This document shows positions 11,041 through 23,720 of a stretch of 64,000 nt of DNA, one piece after another. The notes under the pieces are model-generated. The model had not been told where the DNA came from, made no database searches, and was given only the letters and a program-made list of their open reading frames with translations. Both the position numbers and the translations under genes were made by a program. Position 1 is the stretch's first letter. Each line of letters opens with the position of its first letter. Source of the DNA: Octopus sinensis (lineage: Eukaryota); NCBI RefSeq assembly GCF_006345805.1, contig NC_042998.1:73036001-73100000 (forward strand), written 5' to 3'.

Positions 11041-12420
11041 TGTTCTATTTTGTTTATCCGATAAACATGGTTGTTTTCAGCACCATCGTAAAAAAAACAT
11101 GAGTCGATCGTAGGGGCTAAAATCAACGGTGAGAAATCGGTTGATTTGCTGTTGGGCTCCTGGAGCGGCAGGAAGATGTAATCGTATGGCGTCGTCGGAC
11201 CGTGGACCGATGGACCAGTTAAATTGCTCGGGGTCTGGTTTGGTCCCCACCTCCAGGTTGATAAGAACTGGGACGAGGTGGCAAACAGGCTGGCCAGTCT
11301 TATTCAGAAATGGGCTGAAAGAAAGCTGTCATTGAAAGGTTGGGCAGAGGTGGTCAATGCTTACATTGCCCCCGTTATCATTTATCCGATGAACATGCTT
11401 CCTTGCCCCGTTAATGCCTGACCAGGTTGGAGCGTCTCATTTAAATTCTTGTGGAAGGGACGCATTCGAATGGTCAGGTGATCAGTCTGTTGCCAACATC
11501 TTTTGAGTGGCAGATTAGTTATGGCTCCTAATTCACAGACACGCTCTTTTGTTACGCCAGCTGCAACGATTTCTGGACGGTATGCGTGAGTGGGCTCCGT
11601 TTGTGTGGTTCATCTTTCCGCAGCTCGTGCCTTGATGGAGCTGCAGTCCTGAATGAAAACAACACCGAGATTTGGCGCCTGCCATCTAGAATGTTGTCAG
11701 GCGGTCACAACCCTCTACCAGTCGGGAATTAGGATCGGTGGATGTTCTTCTTTAGAAATTCATATAGGATTAGTGACATGGAAGTGTGACGATTTCTTGG
11801 GGAGACTCTGGGCGCCGACGAGGATGAACTGACTAATCTGTTCTGGGGGACTTTGCAGTCGGGAACTATCATGGATAATTTCCAGATATTCTTTGCTTGG
11901 CAATGCTACTGGGGGATAGGCGTAACCGGTTTGAGATAAAATCTACAGGCACGTATGTGCTGTCAGACGGTCTTGTGCAAGGTGCGCGCAGTGATGAAAC
12001 CGTTGTACATGCCCTCGTTCAGTGTCCGGGCACTGCTGAATTGTGAGGTTATGTTGAACAGCTGCTGTCACGTGTGGGACGGGTCCATCTATCAGCCGTG
12101 TCTGCAGTGATGATTTTAGCGCCGCCCACCTTTCATCGGGCAGGCAAGGCAGTTTTCCTTTGCCTGGTGGCTGTAGCAATAAAGGTTGCTTGGTGGTCAA
12201 GGCTGAAAGGTATGAGGACCGATACATTCCTCTTTGGTAAAGTTCTCATTGAATTTTTCAGGTTCCACTTGAAAAAGAAATTGAGATCAGAGAGTGCAGT
12301 GTTGTCCCTGAGTGAGTTTATTAAAATGTGTGTGAAAGTTGCGAAAATGGCAAGAGTGTATGGTACCTCTCTAAGTGTAGGGCCTGTAAGACGGAGAGAA
12401 GGAATTGGAGAGAGCACTTG
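11040..12420 (+). mobile_element. Tx1/L1-clade LINE, internally deleted and decayed (post-RT region and C-terminal Cys-His motif)
   Basis: GAKINGEKS, LGVWFGP, WAERKLSLKGWAEVVN and C..C...ETVVHALVQC. Homologous to 30590-31590, 33850-34470 and 60130-60450. Confidence 0.85.
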
Positions 12421-12449
12421 CTCCTGGGGTTTCAGAGAAATATTGGACT

Positions 12450-12700
12450 GTGGACAGTGGATAACAACATTATTTGCAACCTTAAAAAGTTTGACCGGTG
12501 GAAGTTAAACCAAAGAACGAAAAATGTCAATGATATTCTGAAATACATCAAAACAAACATCACAGAAACAAATAACTTGATCAAGGCAGCAAGTATTTTT
12601 GTAGCAGAAAATGTAGGTGTTGATGTCAAGAAAAAGAAATACAATGGGAGTGACAAAAGAAAAGACCAATGGTGGATAAGAAGAATACAGGCAGGGTTAG
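12450..12700 (+). mobile_element. R4/Dong-type N-terminal fragment
   Basis: LKKFDRWKL...NITETNNLIKAASIFVAENVG...QWWIRRIQ matches the pre-RT region of R4/Dong-like ORFs. Confidence 0.6.
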
Positions 12701-12869
12701 ATATGCTCTCGGAGGAAAATTCTGTTAGACCGAAAAAAGAAAGGGCTTTACAAGATGTAAATTTCGTAATAGATTTTGGTTTGTTATTTTGGCTCCATAA
12801 AGTCTGCAATTCTTGATTATATAGGAATCCTGGCAAAACCGTAATCTTCACACGTTCGTGTTAAAACTA

Positions 12870-12990
12870 TATAATATGGGATTCGATCCCTTTTCGAGAC
12901 AGATAGGAGACATGTTTACTGCCATAGCCTAGCCATTAGCCAAAGGTTCACGAGTGAAAATTCTTGGGCAGAAATATTATGAAATTCTTG
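12870..12990 (+). mobile_element. degenerate 5' part of SINE family B
   Basis: GGGATTCGATCCC B-box followed by CCATAGCC...CCAAAGG...GAGTG, collinear with the copy at 43077. Confidence 0.4.
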
Positions 12991-13819
12991 TAGAATTTTT
13001 TCTGTTGCGTAGTAATGGGTATTACACGCCAATGTTTCGCAAGAACAGTTGGCCATTTTGTTTTTGTTAATTTATCTTAGTATATTCACACAGCAGCATC
13101 TAAGCTAGATAAGTTTTCTGAAGATAACTCCTTCAGTAAGTCTTGGCTCTGGCTTTCATCTAACTCAGCAATCGAAAAACTATACAAATAGAGAATTGTA
13201 TTTCCAGAGACATGTTGAATTTAATTATAATTAAATCATTTTTTCAATATAAATTCTGCTCGTATGAGTATCATGATATAAAATTAAAAGACATTTTCTC
13301 CGCTCTAACACAATAAAAAATTACAGCGGCTTCAGTTGGCTTTTGAAATTTAATTACTTTCACTTCCTCGTGTCTATGTCCTAAGGCTAGGTATTATGCA
13401 TACGTGCACACTTGATATCAGTAGTATAACTTACACGATACAAGTCGATTATTAGTTGGCAATTATTTCAGGGATTTTTCATATTTGCAGGAACGATAAG
13501 GAAAGGAATTATTTAAGGTTTTTGAAACATAATTTAATTGAATACGTGATACGTTTGTTAAATACAATATTCAAAATCAGGAATAAATGATTAACCACGA
13601 TAAAGCCTTAGACGCAAACGCTTATAGAATTCAATATGGGCCAATATGGGCTATTCTTTACCTGAAAGCAGGCAATAACAAATCACCAGAAGTTTCAAGT
13701 AGTGCCTTCTCCTCCGATTCAAAGAGACAAAACTCTCCTTAGAATGCGAGCTATACCCAACAATGCTGTCTTCTGGATCACCTCGAGGCTGACAGCAGCT
13801 CCAATATTCTTAATACGTA

Positions 13820-14220
13820 AGGCGGCGAGCTGGCAGAAACATTAGCGCGTCGGGCGAAATGCTTAGCGGTATTTCGTCTGCCGTTACGTTGTGATTTCAA
13901 ATTCCACCGAGATCGACTTTGCCTTTCATCCTTTCGGGATCGATTAAATAAGTACCAGTTACGCACCTGGGTAGATATAATCGACTTAATCCGTGTGTCT
14001 GTCCTTGTTCGTCCCCTCTGTGTTTAGCCCCTTATGGGTAGTAAAGACATAGGTATTTCGTCTGCTGCTACGTTCTGAGTTCAAATTCCGCCGAGATCGA
14101 CTTTGCCTTTTGTTCTTTCGGGGGTCAATAATTTAAGTACCAGTTGCGTACTAGGGTCGATTTAATCTACTGCACCCTTCCTCAAAAATTTCGGGTCTTG
14201 TTCCTAGAGTTGATAAGAAT
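13820..14220 (+). mobile_element. composite SINE family A dimer: head-core-tail2a-core-tail1
   Basis: Full head GGCGGCGAGCTGGCAGAAAC, two cores, and junction GTAAAGACATAG|GTATTTCG at ~14052. Confidence 0.9.
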
Positions 14221-14547
14221 ATGACCCAAATGTAGTTACCAGTTGATACGCTTGAAATAAAAGTAAAATTTCATTGAATTCAACGGTGCTTAGTGAAATT
14301 AAATGAAGGACATATCATATGACCTATATATTATAAATGTGTTAACCATGTGACTCGGACAAAAATCTTATATATTGTAATCGTATGAAGAATATCATTC
14401 TGGATAAGGTTTGGACGATCGAGAAGAAAAAAATATTTAGTATCTTCCATTAGATATATGAAAGTGTATGTATGACGCATATAAAATATACGCAATATGA
14501 ATTTAATATATAGACGTGCCACTTATTAAATCGCATTTATCTATACT

Positions 14548-14762
14548 TATTGGTTTCAAATTTTGGCTCAAATCCCGCAAGCTCGGGGAGGGGTAATTTG
14601 ATTACCTCCACCCCAGTGCTCACCTGGTACTTGTTTTATCTACACCAAAAGAGTAAAAGATGACCCTACCGCATTGGAATTTGAACTTAGAATGTGTGAA
14701 CGGATGATATGCCACTAAGAAGTTTATCCAGCGTGCTAATGATTCTACGAGCTCACCGCCTT
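14548..14762 (-). mobile_element. SINE family A monomer, diverged
   Basis: Reverse complement of head (CTCACCGCC), B-box (GGAATTTGAAC) and CCCCAGTG...CTGGTACTT. Confidence 0.75.
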
Positions 14763-14999
14763 ATTCGGTATAATAATTTTAGTTGACATTCATTATATTC
14801 TTATCACAGTACAAATAAACAGCTGCTAACCGCCACATACTTGCAACAAATGCTAGGTTTCAGCCTCTTATAATCTCTAATAACTTTCTCACCTACATTA
14901 AAACGTTGATAGACAACATTCCTAACGCTTAGATTTTTCTTTAGTATTCTGTTTTCATGAGTCTGTATTTTCTTTTCCATAATTTCCAATGATTAAACG

Positions 15000-15720
15000 C
15001 TTCTTTCAAATAACATAGAATTTCTCTAGATCCTTAAGTAGCTCCTTACTGATGAGGAGGTAAATAATATATTACAAGAGAAACGCAAAGAGTACAGGAA
15101 AGAAGTATATGACTATTGTAAAATTTAGCTACTGATGGACTGAATGATTATAGAAGACAGCCTTAGCATAGCTTGGATTATGTATCCAAAAGTATATTTC
15201 ACACTCCTGAAAACTTGACTTACATTGCATGATTAAATTACGCTCAATTCTAAACATACACATCAGTCCTACCTATGAAAATACTTACTAGTGTAAACAG
15301 AAATCCAAAATAAACATATAGAGATGAATTTCCCAAAGAATTGCATTATCTACCCAATGATTTGCCGTGGCCTAACTCCATTAACTAACGTCGTCAAAGA
15401 AACCACCACTCGTTAAAGATGTTACGGTTATACTATAAACAGCCACCTTTATATGATCAGGTTGAAAATATTCGTGAAGATTAATAGTTAGAAATTTCAT
15501 CAATCAACAAAGACCACGAAATAACCACTATAAAATTTGGCAAATGTACAAGATTTATAAAAGTAAATGGCAAAATAATTAAAACTGAGTGCCTTAAGTT
15601 GGATGAAGGAACCGAAGCCAGAGAATTTGAAGAAGGTCGTCCATGTAAATGCAAAAGACTGGATGTGACTGATAAAATGCCAAACAAAGAAACGAAGGGT
15701 AGAATCAAGTAAATTATATT
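15000..15720 (+). mobile_element. heavily decayed R4/Dong-type RT fragment
   Basis: Ordered remnants of AW.DY.K..., GIFQG-like, SHL.YMD.LKIF and KFG..KC motifs, with many stops and frameshifts. Confidence 0.5.
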
Positions 15721-16149
15721 AAAACAAGACAGCCCAATATAACAAGCATTCACCTGGGGAGGATGGGACATATCAGGTTGGAAACGGTGTTCACTGGACG
15801 ACATGCCGGTTGATGATTGAGTTTCCACCTATATCAATCGAACAATATACTAAGATGTCAGTGTGGACATGGATTGGGAGTGAGCAGAAAATAAACACAG
15901 TATGTGAACATGACACAACCACACTATCTCACACATATCGACCCAATCTGACAAGAAAATTAGCTCCTACACTTTAAGTATTAGAATAATAAAAAAAAGA
16001 TAACAAACATATGTGCAATATACTAGCCATTAGAATGCATTCTCTCTAAAAGTTTGTCTGAAAGGAAGAAATTTTCAAATATACACATTTCCCAAATTTA
16101 ATATTACGAAACCCTATTCTGCACCTCCAAGGCATTTGATACTGCCTGC

Positions 16150-16895
16150 ACATGTTTACCTCATATTTTCACCCCCTTTTCCATTGGCTAGCCCCGCAAA
16201 GCCCAAGTGAGCATCCAAGATACCGTTCAAATATTTATCCGAATTGAGGATTTTCCCAAGTATGGTTATCAGCTGGATACAAAATGTACTTTTATATTCA
16301 TCACAGCTAGTCAAAGTAGGTGCATAGGCACTTATTAGAGTAGCAAATCGCCCACCTTTCAGGTGCACTTGCAGAGTCATTAGACGTTCATTTATAGAAA
16401 CAGGAAACTCCTCCAACTTCTTAGGATATCAGATCGAACTGCTAAGCCAACACCAGCTTCTCTGCGTCCCCGCTTCTGCCGCAACAAGGGCATTGCGTTT
16501 TTCAGGCCTACAATCACTCTTCTTATCCAATAGAGTGCGCACATTTCAACATGAAATTTGAAGTTCCAACCAGATTTTGTAAGTAAAAGTATCTTTATTT
16601 TTCGATCGCAGGATGGACTTCCATCAGTCCGGCTAAACTGACCAGATATAGAAAGACAGGCAATTTTTGGTTCACCTTTTCTGGAACCACCCCCGGCCTC
16701 CGGGTAAGCAGTGCCCTCTTCAAATGGAGCTGCCCAGACACCCATGCAGCAACCGATTCTTACCGTTGTCTTGGGCAACAACGAGAGGACTTTATATCTA
16801 GCATGGGCCGCCTATGTGCATGTCGCTGAATACATGCTTCCAACCCGTCAGGTATGCATGCTTCACCACTTTCCCATCGCTGCAGGACTTCCAGA
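16150..16895 (-). mobile_element. RTE-clade LINE 5' UTR plus APE endonuclease fragment
   Basis: REAGVGLAVRS and INERLMTLQVHL...ATLISAYAPTLTS are characteristic RTE/BovB endonuclease motifs. Confidence 0.85.
16755..16813 (-). ncRNA. decayed HDV-like ribozyme in the RTE 5' UTR
   Basis: Minus strand reads GGCGGC ccatgcta GATATA AAG TCCTCTC GTT GTTGCCC AA GACAAC GGTA AGAATC. This follows the HDV order P1-P2-P3-L3-P3'-P1'-P1.1-P4-J4/2-P2', with several lesions. Confidence 0.55.
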
Positions 16896-16917
16896 TAAAA
16901 AAATATATATATACTAA

Positions 16918-16975
<58 letters not shown>

Positions 16976-17021
16976 ATCTATCTATCTATCTATCTATATA
17001 TATATATATATATATATATAT
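16918..17021. repeat. (TCTA)n + (TA)n microsatellite
   Basis: Read directly from the sequence. Confidence 0.95.
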
Positions 17022-17035
17022 GATTTTGATTTTTG

Positions 17036-17088
17036 ATTTTTCCAGTTTCAGCTAATGAGCTGTGGCCATGCTGGGGCACCGCCATTTT
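17036..17088 (-). mobile_element. isolated 3' tail of a CR1-type LINE or SINE B-related element, between (TA)n tracts
   Basis: Reverse complement GGCGGTGCCCCAGCATGGCCACAGCTCATTAGCTGAAAC matches both the SINE B tail and the LINE 3' end at 23085-23135. Confidence 0.7.
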
Positions 17089-17110
17089 ATATATATATAT
17101 ATATATATTT

Positions 17111-17161
<51 letters not shown>

Positions 17162-17734
17162 CTAATACGCATATACTAAAACTAAACTAAATATATATAG
17201 GGAAAAACACATATCGAGCAGAGTTCAGCAATGCCTGTGCAAAGTTTTAGGTCCAATGAGGCTTGCACAACACTTCATAGACCCTCTCCACTTTATTGTT
17301 ATTATCCAGAGACAATCCAGAGCAAGATGTATGGTGCCAATATGAGTCGCAGGCTCAGGGGTATGAGAGCGCCATGATCTCTAGCATAAACCAAAGATGC
17401 CCAAAACCATTCCCTGCATATCTGGCTTTATATCTGATTTATTTCAATATTATGCTCATCAAAAAATTGCCATTGATTAGTATAATAACGAGAAAATCCC
17501 GAGGAGAGAGCTTGTACACACGAAAATCTCGACGAAAGAGTTTCTGCAAAGTCACCCAATCTGCTAGAAATAATAGCCAAGCGTGACCCCACTGACTGTA
17601 TAGTTTCTAACAAAACTATTACCTTTATTTATGTTGTACTTTGCATGTTTGCCATAATACAGCTTTCCAGTCACAGTTTGTATGGTGCATGTAGAGGATA
17701 GAAGTTACGGTCATTTTAACAGATATACTCTTAG

Positions 17735-18115
17735 TATTTTACTCTTTTACTTTTGTCAGTCATTTGACTGTGCCCATGCTGGAGCACCTCATTTAGTCGA
17801 GCAAATCGACCACAGAAGTAGTACTTATTCTATCGGGCTTTTTGCCCCACCGCTAAGTTACGGGAACGTAAACAAACTAGCATCGGTTGTCAAGTGATGT
17901 TGGGGAGGACAAACACAGACACACAAACACACACACATCTATATACATATACATATATACGACGGGCTTCTTTCAGTTTCCGTCTACCAAATCCACTGAG
18001 AAGGTTTTGGTCGGCCCGAGGCTATAGTAGAAGACACTTGCCCAAGATGCCACGCAGTGGGACTGAACCCGGAACCATGTGGTTCGTAAGCAAGCTACTT
18101 ACCACACAGCCACTC
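17735..18115 (-). mobile_element. tRNA-derived SINE family B (CORE-like CTTGGGCAAGT segment)
   Basis: Near full-length reverse complement of the 43077-43470 copy, with B-box GGTTCAGTCCC and an internal (TA/TG) tract. Confidence 0.9.
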
Positions 18116-18971
18116 GTTTACAAACTTTCAGATAAACGTTATTTTTTTAGGAAAGAACAATATAATGTTAGTGGAATCACCTATAATTATTATAAGATTA
18201 TGTGGAGGTGGAAAAGATGATTTAGATAATAATAATTCTGGACACGACTGTAATGATTACAGTGGTAACAAAGACGATAATGTTAATTTCGTCAGGGCTT
18301 GTAACGTGTAAGTTAATGCACCTTTGAAATCTTGATATTGCTATTTCTCAAACGCTGTTGGTACTTTGATTTACCTTTCTAAAGATTTCATTTGAACTCA
18401 AAGCTTCGCCGTGTTTGACCATCAAGAGTCAGTTGTTTCTCTAAATTAACTAAATTAACATTCTCCGATAAGATTTATTGTTAGGATTCAAATGAATAGC
18501 TCTGTTTACTTACTATAACGAAGCATGTTGTTAAATTTGGTATTAGATATTTCATATAACACAGGTATCATTGAAAGCAAGTCCAGATTATTTCTTTTTA
18601 CTCATTATCATAATCATGGTTATCATCACCTTCATCAACATGGTTGTCATCTTCGTTGTCCTTATGCGTTAAATTCGTTTCTACGTTCACACACCGTCAC
18701 ACAACATGTTCAATTTTCACTATCTACCTTGCAGTTCACTTTAAACTATTATCGAAAATATTTTTCTAGCCAACAACATTGTGTAATGGGAAATCTTTAC
18801 GTTGTTAATCAATAAAATACATCTGCTTCTATCTTCTATACACCCTTAATTTCTAATAACTTTTAAAAGACAAGATTTAGAGGCATAAATGAACAATAAA
18901 GATTATGCCAGATCACATTTGTAGTACTAAACAGGTTTGCATAAGATTTTCTAAGATCCTCTATGTTAGCA

Positions 18972-19400
18972 GTGCTAACGATTCTTATTTCTTTATTGCC
19001 CAGAAGGGGCTAAACATAGAGGGACAAACAAGGACAGACATAGGGAATAAGTCGATTACATCGACCCCAGTGCATAACTGGTACTTATTTATCGACCCTG
19101 AAAGGATGAAAGGCAAAGTCGATCTCGGCGAAATTCTTAACTCAGAACGTAACGGCAGACGAAATACCTATTTCTTTACTTCCCACAAGGGGCTAAACAC
19201 AGAGGGGACAAACAAGGACTGAAAAACGGATTAAGTCGATTAAATGGACCTCAGTGCGTAACTGGTACTTAATTTATCGACCGCGAAAGGATGAATGGCA
19301 AAGTCGACCTCGGCGGAATTTGAACTCAGAACGTAACGGCAGACGAAATACAGCTAAGCATTTCGCCCGGCTTGCTAAGGTTTCTGCCAGCTCACCGCCC
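18972..19400 (-). mobile_element. composite SINE family A dimer: head-core-tail2a-core-tail2b-12 nt of head
   Basis: Two cores and two tail-2 variants. Candidate 6-bp TSD TTAGCA at 18966-18971 and 19401-19406. Confidence 0.9.
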
Positions 19401-19749
19401 TTAGCACTTACAGAAACAATGAACAAAGAATAAATATTATGAAAAATCTAAATTATAACTATTCCAGGAAGTTTGCTTATTTCTTCATACGTTATAATCA
19501 AGGACTTATTAAAATATCAAAAATTCTCCCACTAAATTAGATTTAAATAACCAGGAAAGAAATCGTCAATTAGAATAAAACTCATTAGACAATTCGGTAC
19601 TGCCTAAACATTAATATTAATTTACATGATAAAGTTTTCATTTGTTAAAAGTTATGTCATGGAAACTATACGGTGTTTGAAATATGAAATGAAATATTTG
19701 TTCCAGTTAAACGTTGTAGAATCCGTTGATTACTGTTACTAATGAAATA

Positions 19750-20225
19750 GTTGTAAAGAACAGAACACAAATACTAATTAGTTTGTGCAACTTCAAGTAG
19801 TCACTGCATTGCCCATTCAGTGATCGAAATATTTCTATGTAATTGTCTATATATGAATGCCTCTGTGCGATCCACATACGTGTACTGCTGCAAATGCTAT
19901 GTGTTTTCTCACCTTCTGACGCTCTACGTGTTTTCATGCTACCAAAACCGATAGTGTTTTGTAAAGAGTACATCCGTAACATATACTATCTCAGGACAAA
20001 TACCATAGCAAGTTTGCATTTTTGCAATGTATTTCCATTAAGTATGATAAGTAGTTGGCTATTTTTATCTCATATTGCTTCTGCTGCTTATAATTGATAT
20101 TTATTCAACTGCGCGGCAAATTACCATATCAGTGATCACTGTGTCATTGTTTTCCTCTATCAATAACGACGGTTGGCTGAGATTTATATGACAAAGCACA
20201 GCAAGGCACAAATGCACATTTTGTA
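19750..20225 (-). mobile_element. possible decayed hAT transposase fragment
   Basis: Minus strand KCAFVPCCALSY (cf. A.FVPC.AHSLNL) followed by ICSSTRMW (cf. C.TRW / SST.RW). Confidence 0.35.
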
Positions 20226-21616
20226 TTTTCACTTATTGTTGCTGGATGATATTCGTCAGCTACCTCAATATTTTGCTCTTTTTTTATATTTTGTTGAAAA
20301 TTTTGACCTTTGTTGAAAATTGTGAACTTTGTTTTGTTTTCTATAATGAAAAAAGTGCTTTAACTGAATATATAGTTTTTAAAATTTGTTGTTCTCTGTA
20401 TAGATTATTTTACATATTTATTTCAAATATACATTTCGCCACAAGTAGCTTATAAGCATTAACCACTTCAGTAAATGCGCTTATATTTAAACAGAAGTGT
20501 CCATTTATTAAATAACAAACATTAAAAAACGAAAGTACATTATAACCAACACCTTTCGCAAATAAGTTTTTTCGCTCCTATTCAATAACGCTAACATTTG
20601 TAACAAGTGCTGATATTTCATTACCAAATTGAAACACTTTGTACAAAAAATCGAGATTAAACTTTCTGTAGATCTATGATCAGGGTGATATTTTGGTAAC
20701 TTACATTTGAGAACATCATTTTCAGAAAATCGTATAGTTTGTGTAGCACACAATGCTTATGTTATCGCTTCTCACAAATATTATGGAAACTCCCCTCACC
20801 TGAATTTTCATCAACCCCAAGAATTTTGTGAATATTGAGTTTCTATGAGGGCATTGGATTCATGGACTGTTTTGTCGTCTTGGGTTCGAATATATCTGGT
20901 AGAATATTCTCGGAAATGAATGTGCATGTTGATAGCTTAATTAATATACCAAAATATCAACAAATTACCGCTTCGCTTATATTAGATTAATTACTCCGTG
21001 ATGACCTAGAATAAATTCTGATTGCAGCTTTAAAGTATACTTAGTTCTACAAACAAATTTCTATCGCAATTTCAAAATTTTCTACTTACAAGAATAGTAA
21101 ATTTACGCAATAATCTCTAGTTATATTGACATGCTAAAGACAAAGTAGGCTGTCATTTTAAACCTGAATACATCCACATTTTTTTCCTGGGAAACACTTC
21201 AAACAGCATAGAAATATCTCCTTACCACAATAATCCCTACAATGTTTACAAAAGTTACAATTATTATTGTGGCTAATCTGTGAACAAAATATGTGTTAGA
21301 ATATTTCTATTTTTATTCTAATTATTGAAATATATTACTGATGTTTTAGTCACGAAGTAATGCTCCATTAATAATGTTAAAATAGTGTCAAATTTGAAAA
21401 CTGATATTTTGCTGATGTTACAAAATTGTTGAATTTGAAAATTAATTTTGTAAATTGAAGTATAATTGACTATCAATAAAATATGAAATTGAAATACACA
21501 TCTATTAATTAACGAGAGCAATTAGATAAAATATACGTAATGAGTATTTTATTTCAATGTTTTATATGGGAAAAAAGTAGATATATTGGCGAACTATTAG
21601 ACGTAAATAAGTATTA

Positions 21617-22519
21617 TACGAGGAGATACCCAAAGGTAACCGGAAACGCACTCTGTGGGGGTAAGTTCGTTGTATTTCAGGCTTTTGCCGCTAGAAGCCA
21701 CTTAATGCGACCTGTAGGCATCAGTCTGCCGACCGCATTGTCTGCTTAGTCGTACTGCCACGTGTTAAGTCTTTGTTTTGCGGTGTTTCTCCCTGTTCGT
21801 CGATTTTTGCAGAGGTTGAAACGAAGGAATAGAGTGCTTTCCGTGAAACTTTGTTTTCTGCTGGGGAAAACAGCAGCCGAAATAGTTGATATGCTTAAAA
21901 CAGCGTTCAATGACGCTGTCATGAGCAAAATGCAAGTTTGCGAGTGGTTTCCACGCTTTAGGAATGGTCACTTGTCGAAATGAACCTCGTTCAGGTCGAA
22001 AGTCGATCTCCGGAACGAATGAAAACATCATGAGAATTCATGAACTTCTCTTGTAAGACCATCACCAAACAATTTACGAACTTATTGATATGGCTGGTGT
22101 GTCCTGGAGCTTCTGCCAATGAATTTTGAACGAGGAATTACGAATGAAAAGAGTTTCAGCAAAATATGTCCCTCACTTGCTCACGGATGATCAAAAGCAG
22201 TCATGTCTGAATGCGTATCGTGAACTGAAAGAACAGTTAGAAGTTGATCTGGACCTTTCTTCGAAGTTCATCACTGGTGATTAAAGCTGACGGTACGGAA
22301 TTTGTAGATGTGGAAGAAGTGAAGAAAGCAACGACGGGGACGTTAAAAGGCATCCCTTCGCAAGAGTTCCAGCACTGCTTCGAACAGTGGAAAACGCGCC
22401 TGGACTGGTGAATTGCTTCAAATGGAGAATACTTTGAAGGCGATAAAAGTGTAAACATGAAAACTAAGTGAATAACAATAATATTGCAAAATTCCGGATT
22501 CTTTTGGGTACACCTCGTA
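21617..22519 (+). mobile_element. mariner DNA transposon, internally deleted
   Basis: Imperfect ~28-bp TIRs TACGAGG..TACCCAAA...CCGGAA at both ends, flanked by TA. Contains HTH (LGKTAAEIVDML..CEWFPRF), KYVPHLL and ITGD, then jumps to the C-terminal FQHCFEQW...NGEYFEGD. Confidence 0.92.
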
Positions 22520-22977
22520 TATAAAAAATACATACACTATTCTAGTTTCGCAATTTTGATAGGTATGGAAGTTAAATTATTATAATTAACGTGACTGCTA
22601 TAAGATAAAAGTTATACGAGAAAAGTTAAATTATATTTGGCTTTTAGTCATTTTGTAGAATATAAGTATCTAGGAGTTATTCCTCGTATGAATATATTAC
22701 AAACATGATTGTTTTTTCTATTTTTCCATAGTTCAGTTGTAACATCGGTGGTAAGCTATATCGGTACCTACTGAGAGATTGATATATACGTTATTAAGCA
22801 GTTAGTGCCACAACAAAGGATGAAAAGTAAGAAAAAGAAAACTTTACATCTCATTGTAAGTTATAGCAACATCGACGTCATCCATATTCTCAGTGCGGAA
22901 TCTAAAGGGAAATTGACTGAATTTATAATATACGCATAACTTATTCAATATGAAATACGTTTACATCATAGCAGGAG

Positions 22978-23036
<59 letters not shown>

Positions 23037-23084
23037 CAACAATTTAATGGTTCATTGTAACTCATCAATATGTTTCTTCATTGT

Positions 23085-23720
23085 TTTTCTTTACTAGTTT
23101 CATCTCGAGAGCTGTGGCACGCTTGAGCGTCATTAGCTTTGTTACACTTTCACTACTTGATATGTGCCATTCGGTGAATGGACGAGTTTTGATGTTGCTG
23201 CCTTCATCTGCGTTTCTTGCTGCGCGGTAGAGTCATCTGGAACTGTTGACAGGAGGAGGTTCAGTTTTGTTTTAAAAATAACTAAACCACCCCATTTCGG
23301 TCTCCTAGGCTTTTTGGGAGGATATTGAAGAGATCTGGGCCATTGAAACCCGCGCTGTTGAGGTTCTGATCCTGTATCCTGATAGCAATGTTGGGATTTT
23401 GGCACTATGCAGTGGCGCACCGTTCTCCTCTTTGTGTAACATTCAATGCCAAATTTGGTGAATTTCTTCAAGGATTTTCCAGATGTATGTCACTGCATAG
23501 CTTTTCCGCCTTTGTCCTGGGGAGCAGAGTCTTAACATTTTCATTTCCTCCCAGTAACTGACATGTCGCATCGAGATGATACATTTTGTGCAGCTTCGCT
23601 ACATTGCTTCGCGTTAATTTTACACTCTGGTGACCATATCTAGGAGGGGCTATCTAAACGGCTGTGGTGAAATTTCTTTCAGAGGCCCATCTTGGTTTTG
23701 TGTCCTCTCTTTAAAGAATT
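23085..23720 (-). mobile_element. CR1-type LINE 3' end
   Basis: LRLCSPGQRRKSYAVTYIWKIL...KFGIECY (cf. LYSLERRRERY.IIY.WKIL), FKTKLNLLLSTVPDD, and a short 3' tail. Confidence 0.75.
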
